A stretch of 63,973 nt of DNA, counting the filler, from Octopus bimaculoides (taxonomy: Eukaryota), in the NCBI RefSeq assembly GCF_001194135.2. It is 4 parts of 4 records of this genome, joined end to end, with 100 filler letters (N's around TTAATTAATTAA, not from the genome) between each part and the next. Parts side by side here need not be neighbours in the genome. Positions count along the whole stretch, not along the records: positions 45,574 to 58,726 come from NC_069000.1; positions 58,827 to 63,973 come from NC_068991.1; 2 more parts are not named here. One strand, written 5' to 3'. Positions 50,851 to 63,919 of the stretch are shown piece by piece. Each line of letters opens with the position of its first letter. The stretch's first letter is position 1. A program made the translations under genes and the position numbers. The notes below the pieces were generated by a model that did not search any database, had not been told where the DNA came from, and saw nothing but the letters and a program-made list of their open reading frames with translations.

Positions 50851-51387
50851 TCAAATATATCCATACATACATACATAATACATACATACATAATACATAC
50901 ATACATACATACATACATACATACAGGATTTCTTTCTAAATTGACAACGCTTTCTTTTCTATATATACATATATATATATAAAGGGCGAAGAAAGAGTAG
51001 TAAAAGAAAGCAGATGTTTTTTTACTGTTTCTCTCTCTTTCTCTTACTCGCTTTCTCTCTCTCTATCTATCGCTCTATCTTTCTCCCTTTCACTCTCTCC
51101 CTCTCTCTTTTTCATGGCATTTTTCGTAATCTTCCTTGTCGATCTTCACTTCTTCTCTCCCTTTCTTACTTTCATATCCTTATAACTTTCCCTCGCTTTC
51201 TCTCACTCTCTCGCGTTCTAAGTCGGCGTCTTTTTCTTAACCACAACACATCTCTCACTCATTCTTTCAATACTTTGAAATTCTCTATCTTCCTTTTCAT
51301 CCTTTGTACCTGCGTATGTGTATGCGTGCGCACCACCACGCGTGCGTGTGTGCGTGTGTGCGTTCGTTCATGTGTGTGTGTGCGTGA

Positions 51388-51436
<49 letters not shown>

Positions 51437-51758
51437 GGCTTAACTTCCTGTCGAACTGTTTTCTATATGTTCTACCTGCCTTCTTCTCGAAGCAGAAGAG
51501 AGGCCGAAGGAGAGAGAGAGAGAGAGAGAGAAAGTGAAAAAGAGAAAGATGCAACTATCTCAGCTTCACTCACACTTCAAGTATCACTCCCCCTCCCATT
51601 CACACTTACATATATTGCGCTTTCCTCTATTTTTGTTGTGTTTTGACTATTTCGACTACACTTTTTTGTATCGGACACATCATTTCGTAATAGTTCTGGT
51701 TTCTGGAAGCCGACAGTCATTTCTCCTTCTGCCTTATACTTGTCTCTCAAGACCAACA

Positions 51759-51807
51759 ATGTTGGTAGTTCTGATGTTACTGATGATGGCTTCTTACATT
51801 TCGACCC
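51759..51807 (+). CDS. Signal-peptide exon of the putative Ig-domain gene (MLVVLMLLMMASYIST-P)
   Basis: ACAATG context, hydrophobic 16 codons plus 1 nt, consensus donor C|GTAAGT; phase 1 joins 54454 in frame. Confidence 0.7.
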
Positions 51808-52245
51808 GTAAGTTAATATTAAGAGGAATAATATTGTCTTCATTTGCAACATTGAATCTTCTTGTCTTAGATATCACACTTTGATCGTCGCAAGACGCAC
51901 TATACGTACGCACACACACGTGCACACACACACACACATACATGCATGCATGCATACATACATATATACATACATAGATACATACATACATACATACATA
52001 CATACATACATACATACATACATACGAGCATTCTAGAGATGCAACTATATGCATTAGAATAATACATAAAGCAAAATATAACAAATCTGCACATATGCAT
52101 TCATACATAGATACATACACACAAAGATTTCCTGTTGTTGATGTTGAAATTCCAATAAAGGAGCCTTAGATCTAGGTTAGAAACCGGTTCTTTCTCTTTC
52201 TTTGACATACATACATACATACATACATACATATTCCCATATATA

Positions 52246-52285
<40 letters not shown>

Positions 52286-52849
52286 TGTGTGTGTATGTGT
52301 GTGTGTGATTGAAGGAAACGGAAGATACATTTATCACTAGTCTTTACTCAGTATGACGATCGTTTCGACCCCTTCTGCAACTGTCTCTTATGGGTAAGAT
52401 TTTGTGCATCGAGTTGTGTTCCATCAAACTGTGCCTTTTGTGAAGAGAAAATAATAAGCATCCATACATATATTTGTTCATTGTAGTTTGCCTGAATTGA
52501 GCTTTTTCTATTTCATTTATTGTACTTGTCTAACGTCTCAGATTCTACTTGCGCACATCTATGCGGTCTATGTGTTTCGTAAGAAAATTATAACTATACA
52601 TGCACGCATACAGACAGACACACACACACACATATACATTGGAAAATGTGTGAGATCCTTGGTACAGTTAGGTATATTTGAAAAAAAGAAAAAGAATGAC
52701 TTCACTGGTAGTTCTAATCCGTTTGATTTATTATTTTTTATTTTGTTAGTAATATAAATTTTACACTTTAGTTTGTAGATCTAGTAAGTTCTTTGTTAGC
52801 TTGGGTGGGGAAGATTTTAAAAAAACATTTCCTTGTTAATTTTCTGGAG

Positions 52850-53219
52850 AACTTTCTCGCATTCTCGCATTCAATCCTCCAGCAATCCCCCAAAATGAAT
52901 GCACTCATAAAAGACTCACAAATAATATATAGCAGACATCAAGCACCCAACCTTAAAAACAAAAACTGCTCACCAAGGCGAAATTAACATCTAGCATTGA
53001 AACAACGTAAGTTAAAAACTGCGGGGACCCTTGATGTGGAACCTGTGAATACATTGAAAATGGTGGACAAATCTCCTTTAAAAACAATGTAATTTTCAAA
53101 GTCAATGCAAACATGAAGTGCAAAACAAAAAGACTTAATTTACTGTGCAACTTGCCCACAATGTAAAGAGTACTATTTGGTGAAACTGGAAAGGGACTAC
53201 ATGACAGAGTTCGTGTACA
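52850..53219 (+). mobile_element. Penelope-like element linker and GIY-YIG remnant
   Basis: RHQAPNLK..LTKAK...KNCGDP*CGTC...NANMKCK..LIYCATCPQCKEYY.GETGKGLHDRVRVH; same subfamily type as 40684-41818. Confidence 0.75.
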
Positions 53220-53221
53220 TA

Positions 53222-53410
53222 CTGAATTAATGTCCAAGCATGACGAAGCTACCGAAAAAAAAACTCGATAAGATTTAAGATTTTAATCTTGAAATTAGTT
53301 AATTTGCAGTTAATGTGGAGTCTTTTTTTAATATCCCCTCACTAGCCTGCTTTCAATCGCATGTATGGAGCTTTTTTCGGTAGCTTCGTAATGCTTGGAC
53401 ATTAATTCAA
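53222..53410. mobile_element. 189-bp TA-flanked MITE (Tc1/mariner type) inserted in the PLE remnant
   Basis: 38-bp TIR TGAATTAATGTCCAAGCAT.ACGAAGCTACCGAAAAAA with one mismatch; TA on both sides. Confidence 0.85.
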
Positions 53411-53885
53411 TATGGAGGAGATAAGTCTTGTTTTGACTTTCTCCCTTAAAATACTTNNNNNNNNNNNNNNNNNNNNNNNNNNNNNNNNNNNNNNNNNNNN
53501 NNNNNNNNNNNNNNNNNNNNNNNNNNNNNNNNNNNNNNNNNNNNNNNNNNNNNNNNNNNNNNNNNNNNNNNNNNNNNNNNNNNNNNNNNNNNNNNNNNNN
53601 NNNNNNNNNNNNNNNNNNNNNNNNNNNNNNNNNNNNNNNNNNNNNNNNNNNNNNNNNNNNNNNNNNNNNNNNNNNNNNNNNNNNNNNNNNNNNNNNNNNN
53701 NNNNNNNNNNNNNNNNNNNNNNNNNNNNNNNNNNNNATATATATATATATATATATATATAATTATTAATTTAACATATAAATTGCTATAAATTGCTTTT
53801 TTCCATGCTAACTACCTGATGATTTTCATTAACATGATTTTTATCCTTATTTTATGTGTGTATATATACATACATATATACATGC

Positions 53886-53929
<44 letters not shown>

Positions 53930-54453
53930 ATTATGTATGTATGTCTATATATATAGAGAGAAAGAGTGAGTGAGAGAGAGAAATATCTATAAATAAATGT
54001 ATATTTATGTATATACATAAATAAAAGATATGTATCTACCTATGTATCCAAGTATATAAATGCAATTTTGACGGCACAGGTATGCTATTATAATAATAAA
54101 TACTAAAAACTAACTACAAAGTTTTATTTGTGGATAAATGTAATCCATATTCAAATGAACATGAACACCCGTTATTTTTAAATAGTCTTGTTTTACCTTC
54201 TTCTCTTCATCTTCCGTCTTCTTCTTCTTCTTCTTCTTCTTCTTCTTCTTCTTCTTCTTCTTCTTCTTCTTCTTCTTCTTCTTCTTTTTCTCATTGTTTT
54301 CTCTTTTGGTTTACTCTATCTTCTCTTTTTCGTCTCGTCTTTCAATTTCTTTTTCTCCTTTTCTTTCTCTCTCCTCCCCTCTCTTCTTCTGTAACTACAT
54401 TTATATTTTTTTTTATAACATCTTTCTCTGATTTAATGTTTCTTTCTCTACAG

Positions 54454-54777
54454 CTCTGGAAATTGCAGATATGAAGCCTTCTGAAACTATTGATTTGGGA
54501 TACACTACTGGAATAACCATAACATGTCGGCATAATCTAAAAAATTTTATTCACTTTGCTCTCGTTCAAAACCAGGATTATGTCGTTTTCAAAGTTTATC
54601 GTATCAAGGAGGAAAGACGTTTTAAGACAGTAACCAAGCGAAAGGGTTTTGACTGTACTCTAGATTTTATTAACAAAGATGAGATTATCTGCTGGAAATT
54701 TAATCCAGCTTGCGAGGATGCGACATATTACACATGTAAAACAAATCTCCAATCTTCAAAACCTAAAGTTTTAAAAA
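54454..54777 (+). CDS. V-like Ig-domain exon, phase 1-1, of a secreted or cell-surface IgSF protein
   Basis: Acceptor TTTCTTTCTCTACAG, donor AA|GTCAGT, 324 nt open; ITITC (B strand) ... DATYYTC (F-strand DxAxYxC) plus three extra Cys (GFDC, IICW, PAC). Confidence 0.8.
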
Positions 54778-55029
54778 GTCAGTTTTACAAATTATTTTTT
54801 TCTCTTCTTTTTCTCGTTTTTTTTTTCCACCATTATCTTTAGTTCAATGGCGTTTTTCTATTGTCCTATCGAAAATACATTTACCACCTTTGGTATGTGC
54901 AATATTTGTTTTTTGGTTTTGTATTTTCCATTGTAGTGAATCTACACTACGTACTGTGTACAATACCTGGTTGTAGACTGTAGACTGAGATAGACGTTAG
55001 AACGGTTGATGCAGTAACAGAAGAAATAT

Positions 55030-55247
55030 TGGTTTCAAATTCTGTCACAAGGCCAGCATATTCGGAGGAGGGAGTAAGTCGATTACATCGACCCCCAGTG
55101 CTCAACTGGTACTTATTTTATCGACCCCAAAAGAACAAAAGGCAGAATCCATGACAGCGGAATTTGAACTCAGAACGTAAAGACTGGCGGCATACCACTA
55201 AGCATTTTGTGCGGCGTGTTAACGATTCTGCCAGCTCATCGCCCTAA
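55030..55247 (-). mobile_element. SINE family A copy
   Basis: Reverse complement AGGGCGATGAGCTGGCAGAATCGTTAAC...CTGAGTTCAAATTCCGC. Confidence 0.85.
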
Positions 55248-55980
55248 GTAATAGAAAAAATATTAATTAAAATTCAATACCTTAATGATATAAATAGCTC
55301 TTTACATAAAGAACTAAATACAATCTCTTCAGTCTCAGTGATTCAGACAAAGGTTATTCTCAACACTGAGGTTGTAGTTGGAATTATCTAAAAGCATAAT
55401 AGCACCCCCTTATCCAGTTAATTTTCATGCAGCAGCAATCCATTTCTTTTGAAGTTTGTTTTATTTTCTGGGGTTTTTTTTCACTACGACATTCATTTAA
55501 GTTATTCCACTCTGCAGTCATTCACAGAATACTTGTATCCTTTTTGTCATTCAACGACCAATCTGTTAAAGTTAGAATATGAATTACCATTGAGGTGTAA
55601 GATGACCGAAATGTTGTTTAGGATTTCTCTCACGCACTACTTTGTTAGTGGTCGATTTGAGGAGGAAAGAACTGTTGCCATAGCCACTGCAGCGTTTCGC
55701 ATGTTATGGTAATGATAACTGTGTTTTAATCTTAATAGAGTTAATGTTTGGCGACGTGCAACAGTTCATTTATTGAAAGGATTACTAGATGAAAGTGACA
55801 TTAGTCTTGATCGAGGAAATATATACGAGCAAAATGACTCGGTTAAAATGGAGATGGTATTCATTCAGAAATTTAAAGGAAGAAAGACTGCTTTTGCTTT
55901 TGTAAAAGCGGAGGTAGTTATTCTTCGTGTTTGCCTACCAATCAAGTATTCTGTGCTCTTAGCTCACGTTCAGTGAGCCG

Positions 55981-56053
<73 letters not shown>

Positions 56054-56129
56054 TTTGTGTGAATCTACAGCAAGTTCAGGTTCAACAAATCTCAAGTAGT
56101 TTCTGATTTCAAAACCAAAGAATTAACGT

Positions 56130-56470
56130 GTCTTGTCTGTTTTTAATCCTGTTTCTTTTTTTTAATTTGGTGATTGCTGTTTCTGGTACCATCTCTCATT
56201 TAATTCTTTCTATCAAGAATATCTTTACAGCATCCAAAACATTTAGTAGTTGCAGTTGATGATAATTGTGACGGTTGTACTGTTTCGTGCTAGATTCCCA
56301 ACTTCAACAAACCTATAATCAAAAGGATTTCAGAAGAGGCTTTCACGGTTTTTGGGCTCGTCCAAAGACGTTCACTTTTTTACCAATACAAATGTGTTGC
56401 CGTATTGTATCCCGAGTATTCAGTTAGATTCTTTTCTGTAGTTTTATCGACCGTTGCAGAAGTTGCATTC
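56130..56470 (-). mobile_element. Degenerate R4/Dong-like RT remnant
   Basis: GNTFVLVKK..DEPKN and GCKDIL-like segments with frameshifts. Confidence 0.3.
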
Positions 56471-56529
56471 TGTCTGTGTTCAACTAATCTTTATCCATTT
56501 TATGGGGTCAGTGGGTTCCTCACAAAATT

Positions 56530-56870
56530 TCCGAGTTCAATCGCGCGCAGAGAGTGAATATATGTTCTACTTTGCTGTCACGTCTCACGAATGTACCTCT
56601 TTTGGACCGAACAGTGACTGGTGACGAGAAATGGGTTCTCTAAAAATGTCAAGCCTCGAAGACAGTGGAAAGGGAAACGAGAAACCTCGGCACCCTACGC
56701 AAAAGACTGTCTTCACTCACGTAAGGTGTTGTTATCCGTTTGGTGGGATATGAAATATGTAGTCCACTTTGAACTTTTAAACCCAAACTAAACGATAACA
56801 AATGAGATATACTGCGAGCAGCTTGAGTGACTTAATTCAGCGCTAGGAGAAAATCGACCATCGTACACAC
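56530..56870 (+). mobile_element. mariner transposase fragment
   Basis: RVNICSTLLSR...VTGDEKWV...HSRKVLLSVWWDMK..VHFELL...IYCEQLE. Confidence 0.85.
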
Positions 56871-57229
56871 GCACACACATATACATGCATATGCACACAT
56901 TTACACACACATACACGCATGCACACATGCGTATTCATTCATATTTACATATGTCTATTTGCAGTCATGTACGCATGCATACCAGAGTGCGCGCACACAC
57001 GCATGCGCATGCACATGTGCAGTCGCACGTGCGCGAGTATTCACGCGCGCGCAAAACAAACGTTGGGGATTGGTAAGCATCGGGAATGGGTTTAGTAGGC
57101 GTTATGGTATGGTAAAAGCTGGGGATTGGTAAATGGTGGTCCTGCTCATGAGGTTAGTTGGTAGTGGTGTCCTTTGTGCAGGCGGTATAAAGTAGCAGCT
57201 GGTGCTAAGGTGGTATATCCGGGTTGTTG

Positions 57230-57960
57230 GCAGTCAGAGGTCTGAAATTTGCCAGAAGGACATATCTCCGGTGACAACAATACGATAAATCGTATTTTTT
57301 GTTGATGGATACTGTGGGTTGTTTTAGGATATGCAGCTTTTCACGGAGACCGGGCTGGCCGTTGGGTATTTCATCTCGGGGATCACGGAGTCTCCAGAGA
57401 AAACGAGACAGGAAAGTAGAGTTCTCTCTATCTCTGGATCTGAAGAAGTGCATATGTTGGGAGTATCTACCTTTGAAATCATTAGCTGTCATACCCATAT
57501 AGTAATGTCATCGGATGATGTAAGGGTTGCTCTATATACTACGGCCCTTGAAAGACAAGATCCTTCTAGAGAGCACATTGTGGTGTATCGGAAGTTGCAG
57601 GATGGGGATGGGGTAGTGTGGATGTATGTTTACGGCTGTTGATGCATGCAATTTTAGATTTGATGTTGTCTAAGTAAGAGTAGCTCTCCATGACATTATG
57701 GGGGTTGAAGAGTTTGTAATACTTATGGCCTCTGGGGAAGTGCTTCTTAGTTAATGACAGGGAGCCCCTAGCTACGTTGGTGGAATCATCTTGGTTGAAA
57801 GGGGGTTATACCATATAATTCTCCTTCTCCAAATCCTGAGAGTATTTGGGGTTTGTCCACATACGTGAGCTTCTCAGTAAACCCGCTCCTGGCCAAAGCA
57901 TCATTATAGAGGTAGAGGGTAGCTCTACTAAAGATCTCTCTATTGGCCGAGAATAATTAG
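57230..57960 (-). mobile_element. Penelope-like element remnant (linker and GIY-YIG), different subfamily
   Basis: YNPPFNQDDSTNVARG..KKHFPRGHKYYKLFN...CSLEGSCLSRAVVYRA...MGMTANDFKGRYSQH...NSTFLSRFLWRL. Confidence 0.75.
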
Positions 57961-58414
57961 AAACCTGTAATTAGAAACCTTTTGCGTAGGCCTTTGCAAA
58001 ATTTTTGGCAAAATTTGATGCATATTCTCTGCTCCACTTTCTCTGTCATGGTCAATGCTACGAACACACGCTACACACGTTACTGCCAAGCACTGCTGTA
58101 AACACCGGAAGTGAGCTAGAACGTTGAAACTTAGTGCACATGCACAGCAGAGTTTAAGGTCAATTTGTGTCAAGCAGCTTTACTCTGCATGCTATAGCTT
58201 CGTTACTATGGCAACAGTCCGGACACTTATTGATCATACTACGTACATACATGTGTGTGTCTAAATATACATGCGTATGAATGTGTCCTTCATGTGTTGT
58301 GTATTTATTGCTATTGATTCGGATCCGTATAGCCTTTGCACTGCCTTTACTAAAAAGTTCGGCTGTTGAACATTTCGAAGCACGAGTTCACAAGGTTCAG
58401 CATTAAAAATATGT

Positions 58415-58980
58415 AGGCGCAGGAGTGGCTGTGTGGTAAGTAGCTTGCTTACCAGCCACATAGTTCGGGTTCAGTCCCACTGCGTGGTATCTTGGGCAAG
58501 TGTCTTCTACTATAGCCTCGGGCCGACCAAAGCCTTGTGAGTGGATTTGGTAGACGGAAACTGAAAGAAGCCCGTCGTATATATGTATATATATATATAT
58601 GTGTGTGTGTGTCTGTGTTTGTGTGTCTGTGTTTGTCCCCCTAGCATTGCTTGACAACCGATGCTGGTATGTTTATGTCCCCGTCAATTAGCGGTTCGGC
58701 AAAAGAGACCGATAGAATAAGTACTANNNNNNNNNNNNNNNNNNNNNNNNNNNNNNNNNNNNNNNNNNNNTTAATTAATTAANNNNNNNNNNNNNNNNNN
58801 NNNNNNNNNNNNNNNNNNNNNNNNNNTTGCGTCCCCGTAACTTAGCAGTTCGGCAAAAGAGACCGATAGAATAAGTACTAGGCTTACAAAGAATAAGCTC
58901 TGGGGTCGATTTGCTCGACTATAAAGGCGGTGCTCCAGCATGGCCGCAGTCAAATGACTGAAAGGAGTAAAAGAGAAAAG
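58415..58980 (+). mobile_element. SINE family B, full-length, split by a gap
   Basis: Same head, CORE-like domain and tail as 16338-16790. Confidence 0.9.
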
Positions 58981-59179
58981 GAGTATTTGCTGGTTTATGT
59001 ATATGTGTTAGTGCATGCTGTGAATTTTAAACCTCAAGTAAAGTTTGGTAGATAAATCACAGGCAATGTTTCACACCAGCTGGATTTTTTATTTCTTCGC
59101 TTTTTAAGTAGAAACAAAAAAGGTAAGTGATTTATCTATTAGTATACACTTTGTATATATCAATGGGAAAAGGTATAGA

Positions 59180-59640
59180 ACACTACCAGCGTTGATGATG
59201 GTGGTGATGGCAAGGATGATGATGATGATGATGATCATCATCATCATCATCATCATCATGACTGTGATGATACAGAAGAGGTATTTGATGTCGGTGGCGG
59301 TGGTGGTGGTGGTGGCTTCTTTCAGTTTCCGTCTACCAAATCCACACACAAGGTGGTGGTGGTGGTGGTGTTGGTGGTAGTAGTGATGATGGTGTTGATG
59401 AAGTGTAGGAAAAGGGGAAAGAAAAGGACTGATGACAATGACGACGACGATGATGATGATGATGACGATGAGAGTAATGGTTATGACAATGACAATGACA
59501 GTGACAAAGTTGGTAATTGCATTGTTAGTCGAGATGATGATAATGAGGAAGAGGAGGAGGAGGAGGAAGATCATGAGATGATGGTGATGATATTCAAAAT
59601 GATGGTGATGATGATGATGATGATGATGATGATATCGATT
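59180..59640. repeat. Mixed (GAT/GGT/GAG)n low-complexity tract with a SINE B fragment at 59315-59352
   Basis: Direct. Confidence 0.85.
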
Positions 59641-59869
59641 GATACTCATGTTCAAATCCTCCCCCCTCCCACTTTCTTTTCCCTGCCCATCCTTCTATAT
59701 CTCTTCCTCCCACCCACCCTCTCTCTCATCTTTTATACCATACTCCCAATCCATACTCCTGTCCTGCACATTCCACTAAACTGTGTTAATGGGACTAAAA
59801 AAGAAGTTGATTGATCGATAAATAATAGTGGTACAACTACAATCTCCTACTTCTTATTTCTTTACTTAT

Positions 59870-60357
59870 CACTCAGCTTTCCCTACCTCTCACCCTCCCT
59901 CTTTCTCTCTCTCTCTCTCTCACTCAAAATTAGTCCATTTCTCCCTTTTCTTTGTCTCTCATCCCATTTTTTTTCCCCCTATAAATTGGTTTCAGTCTTT
60001 CTAGCTTTCTCAGCTCTCACTCAAGGTTAGTTCATTCATCTCTCCTGCCTCTTTCCCTTTGCCTATCTGTCTGTCTGTCTATCCGTCTGTTTGTCTATCT
60101 GTCTCCCTTTCAATCTCTCTCTCTCTCCCTCTCCTTTCTTTCTTAAAATCTCTCCCGCCCTCCCTTTGCCCTCTGTATGTCTATCTGTCTGTCTATCTCT
60201 CTTACAATCTCTGTCTCTCTTTCTTGCTCTCTCTCTCTCTCCTTTCTCTCCTTTCTCTCAATTTCTCCCGTTCTCCATTTCTTCTCTTTCTATCACCGTC
60301 TGTTCATCAAACTATCTATCTATCTATCTATCTATCTATCCATCTATCTATCTATCC

Positions 60358-60419
<62 letters not shown>

Positions 60420-61150
60420 TTATCTATCTATATATCTATCTGTCTATCTGTCTATCTATCTATCTATTTATCTATCTATCTGTCTGTCTATCTATCTGTC
60501 TATCCATCTATCTATCTATCCATCTATCTATCTATCTATCACTTTTTCCCTCTTAACCTTTCTCTCTCTCTCTCTCTCTCTTTCAATCACAGTCCATCTA
60601 TCTCTTAGCAGTCAATTTATATCTCCTTCTCTCCCTCTCTCTGTGAATCTATCTATTTCCATATCTGCCCCCTCATTCTCTTGCTCTCTCCCTAAATTCA
60701 TTTATTTATATTTAACCTGTCTCTCTCTCTCTCCTTCTGTCTTTTTCTCTCTTTTCCTTTCTTTCTCCCTCTTTTTCTCTTTCCCTTTCTCTCCAACGCT
60801 CTATGAGTCTATTTCTACGTCTACCACCTCTTTCTCTCTCTCTCTTTCTCTCTCTCTCTTTCTCTCTCTCTCTCTTTCTCTAAATTCATCCATCTATATT
60901 TCACTTATCTCTCTCTTTCAGACCCTCTTTCTGTGCATCTATCTGTTCTACATCTGCCACCTCTCTCTCTCTCTCTAAATTCATTTATCTATATTTCACC
61001 TATCTCTTTCTTCTCTCTCACTCTTGTTCACTCTTTCTGTGAGTCTTTCTGTTCTATGTCTGCCACCCTTCTCTTTCTCTCTCACTCACTCTCTCTCCCT
61101 AAACTCATTTATCTATCTCTCTCTTTCTCCTCTCTCACTCTCAGCTTGTT
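59870..61150. repeat. Polypyrimidine (CT)n/(TCTA)n tract
   Basis: Direct; source of the long YLSI/SIYL ORFs. Confidence 0.95.
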
Positions 61151-61555
61151 TTTCTCCTTCGTTTTATAAACAGACTGCACAGACTTTCATCCCTAAAACT
61201 GCATCCATATGGAATTCTTATCTTGTTTTATTGATTTTTGACTTTAACAAACAACCTCAATGAACCAAATTTAGTTTGAAATCAAAAACTGTTGTTGTAG
61301 AGTTAGTTTAGCAGGGTAAAGTACTTTTCAACTGTCTATATAAACTTACAATCTTTCTCTGTCAATCTGCAGGAAATAGCAGCCAAATCCCTCTCAAATC
61401 ACAACAGCATCATCATCACCACCATCGTCATCATCATAGCCATCACAATGCTGCCAATATTACTAATCTAAGGAGAGATCCTTTGTGCAGTCTTCTTGAT
61501 CTGCTACAATTAGCAACTAAATCTCTCTCAAGTCACATCATCATCATAGCTATTA

Positions 61556-62070
61556 GTGTTGTGTGGCACTCCGTCGCTTACGACGTCGAGGGTTCCAGTT
61601 GATCCGATCAATGNNNNNNNNNNNNNNNNNNNNNNNNNNNNNNNNNNNNNNNNNNNNNNNNNNNNNNNNNNNNNNNNNNNNNNNNNNNNNNNNNNNNNNN
61701 NNNNNNNNNNNNNNNNNNNNNNNNNNNNNNNNNNNNNNNNNNNNNNNNNNNNNNNNNNNNNNNNNNNNNNNNNNNNNNNNNNNNNNNNNNNNNNNNNNNN
61801 NNNNNNAGTTCTCGGGGATATTCAGCGTGACACACAGTGTGACAAGGCTGACCCTTTGAATTACAGGCACAACAGAAACAGGAAGTAATAGTGAGAGAAA
61901 GTTGTGGTGAAAGAGTACAGCAGGGTTCGCCACCATCCCCTGCCGGAGCCTCGTGGAGCTTTAGGTGTTTTCGCTCAATAAACACTCACAACGCCCGGTC
62001 TGGGAATCGAAACCACGATCGTATGACCGCGAGTCCGCTGCCCTAACCACTGGGCCATTGCGCCTCCACT
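61556..62070 (-). mobile_element. SINE family C, full-length, with 10-bp TSD
   Basis: Head GGAGGCGCAATGGCCCAGTGGTTAGGGCAGCGGACTCGCGG...GGTTTCGATTCCC; ATAGCTATTA at 61546-61555 and 62071-62080. Confidence 0.9.
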
Positions 62071-63543
62071 ATAGCTATTATTATAACTGTCACAACCACC
62101 ATTATTATTATCATCATCATCATCATCACTACCACTATGCTGCTAACATTTACTAATCTGATGAAGAGATCCTCTGTGCAGTCTTCTTGACTTGTTAGAA
62201 TCAATAGCCAAATGTACCTCATATTACAATAACATCATCATAGCCATCAGTACAACTGTCACCACCCTTACCATAATCATTATCATCATTATCATAGCCA
62301 TAGTCGTTGTCCTTATAATCATCATCATCATCACCACCATCATTGGAATCATCATTATGCCTTAAAATTTCACTGTATTTAGATTGAACATTATGGTAAG
62401 CTTTCATAGTCTGCAACTATTAGCTATGGACGTCAACTACTGGCTGAATATTTCGTACACTCAGTCAGATGCTTCCCAGCAAGTTCTTGTCCAAACAAGT
62501 AGGAGCAGGTTTTGCATTGCGAAAACGCAACCAGAGGAGGTATACATGGGTTAAAAAAAAGCAGGAGGAAAACTTTTCAAATATAATTAAAGTGGGAAGT
62601 ATGCAAAAATAAACATTATTTTCCATCTTATTCTCTTTTAACTCTTTTACTTATTTNNNNNNNNNNNNNNNNNNNNNNNNNNNNNNNNNNNNNNNNNNNN
62701 NNNNNNNNNNNNNNNNNNNNNNNNNNNNNNNNNNNNNNNNNNNNNNNNNNNNNNNNNNNNNNNNNNNNNNNNNNNNNNNNNNNNNNNNNNNNNNNNNNNN
62801 NNNNNNNNNNNNNNNNNNNNNNNNNNNNNNNNNNNNNNNNNNNNNNNNNNNNNNNNNNNNNNNNNNNNNNNNNNNNNNNNNNNNNNNNNNNNNNNNNNNN
62901 NNNNNNNNNNNNNNNNNNNNNNNNNNNNNNNNNNNNNNNNNNNNNNNNNNNNNNNNNNNNNNNNNNNNNNNNNNNNNNNNNNNNNNNNNNNNNNNNNNNN
63001 NNNNNNNNNNNNNNNNNNNNNNNNNNNNNNNNNNNNNNNNNNNNNNNNNNNNNNNNNNNNNNNNNNNNNNNNNNNNNNNNNNNNNNNNNNNNNNNNNNNN
63101 NNNNNNNNNNNNNNNNNNNNNNNNNNNNNNNNNNNNNNNNNNNNNNNNNNNNNNNNNNNNNNNNNNNNNNNNNNNNNNNNNNNNNNNNNNNNNNNNNNNN
63201 NNNNNNNNNNNNNNNNNNNNNNNNNNNNNNNNNNNNNNNNNNNNNNNNNNNNNNNNNNNNNNNNNNNNNNNNNNNNNNNNNNNNNNNNNNNNNNNNNNNN
63301 NNNNNNNNNNNNNNNNNNNNNNNNNNNNNNNNNNNNNNNNNNNNNNNNNNNNNNNNNNNNNNNNNNNNNNNNNNNNNNNNNNNNNNNNNNNNNNNNNNNN
63401 NNNNNNNNNNNNNNNNNNNNNNNNNNNNNNNNNNNNNNNNNNNNNNNNNNNNNNNNNNNNNNNNNNNNNNNNNNNNNNNNNNNNNNNNNNNNNNNNNNNN
63501 NNNNNNNNNNNNNNNNNNNNNNNNNNNNNNNNNNNNNNNNNNN

Positions 63544-63589
<46 letters not shown>

Positions 63590-63610
63590 TATATATGTAT
63601 TTACGTGTGA

Positions 63611-63651
<41 letters not shown>

Positions 63652-63919
63652 CTCACGCACACATAAATACATATACATATATACGTGTGTGTGTGTATAT
63701 TTATATGCAAATATATATATATATATATATCTATATCTATATATATATATATAGATATATATAGATAGATATAGATATACTCGCATATAAATACACACAC
63801 ACACATTATTTATTCTGTGACATTTCGAGATGTTGTGAGGCTTAATTTACTAATAATGTCTCACGAAATTCAACTTACTTGTTCCTCGGCCCCATAAGGT
63901 CAAACATCAGCAACCACAT

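Noticed and set aside
55449-55976. ORFs as the next exon of the Ig gene
   Set aside because: No phase-1 acceptor opening an Ig-like or transmembrane frame was found; the next exon may lie in a gap or beyond the window
59104-61169. Long ORFs (183-295 aa) rich in His, Leu, Ser, Ile and Tyr
   Set aside because: Translations of (GAT)n, (CT)n and (TCTA)n tracts
62628-63806. 392-aa ORF and other X-rich ORFs
   Set aside because: Open only because of N-gaps and (AT)n repeats
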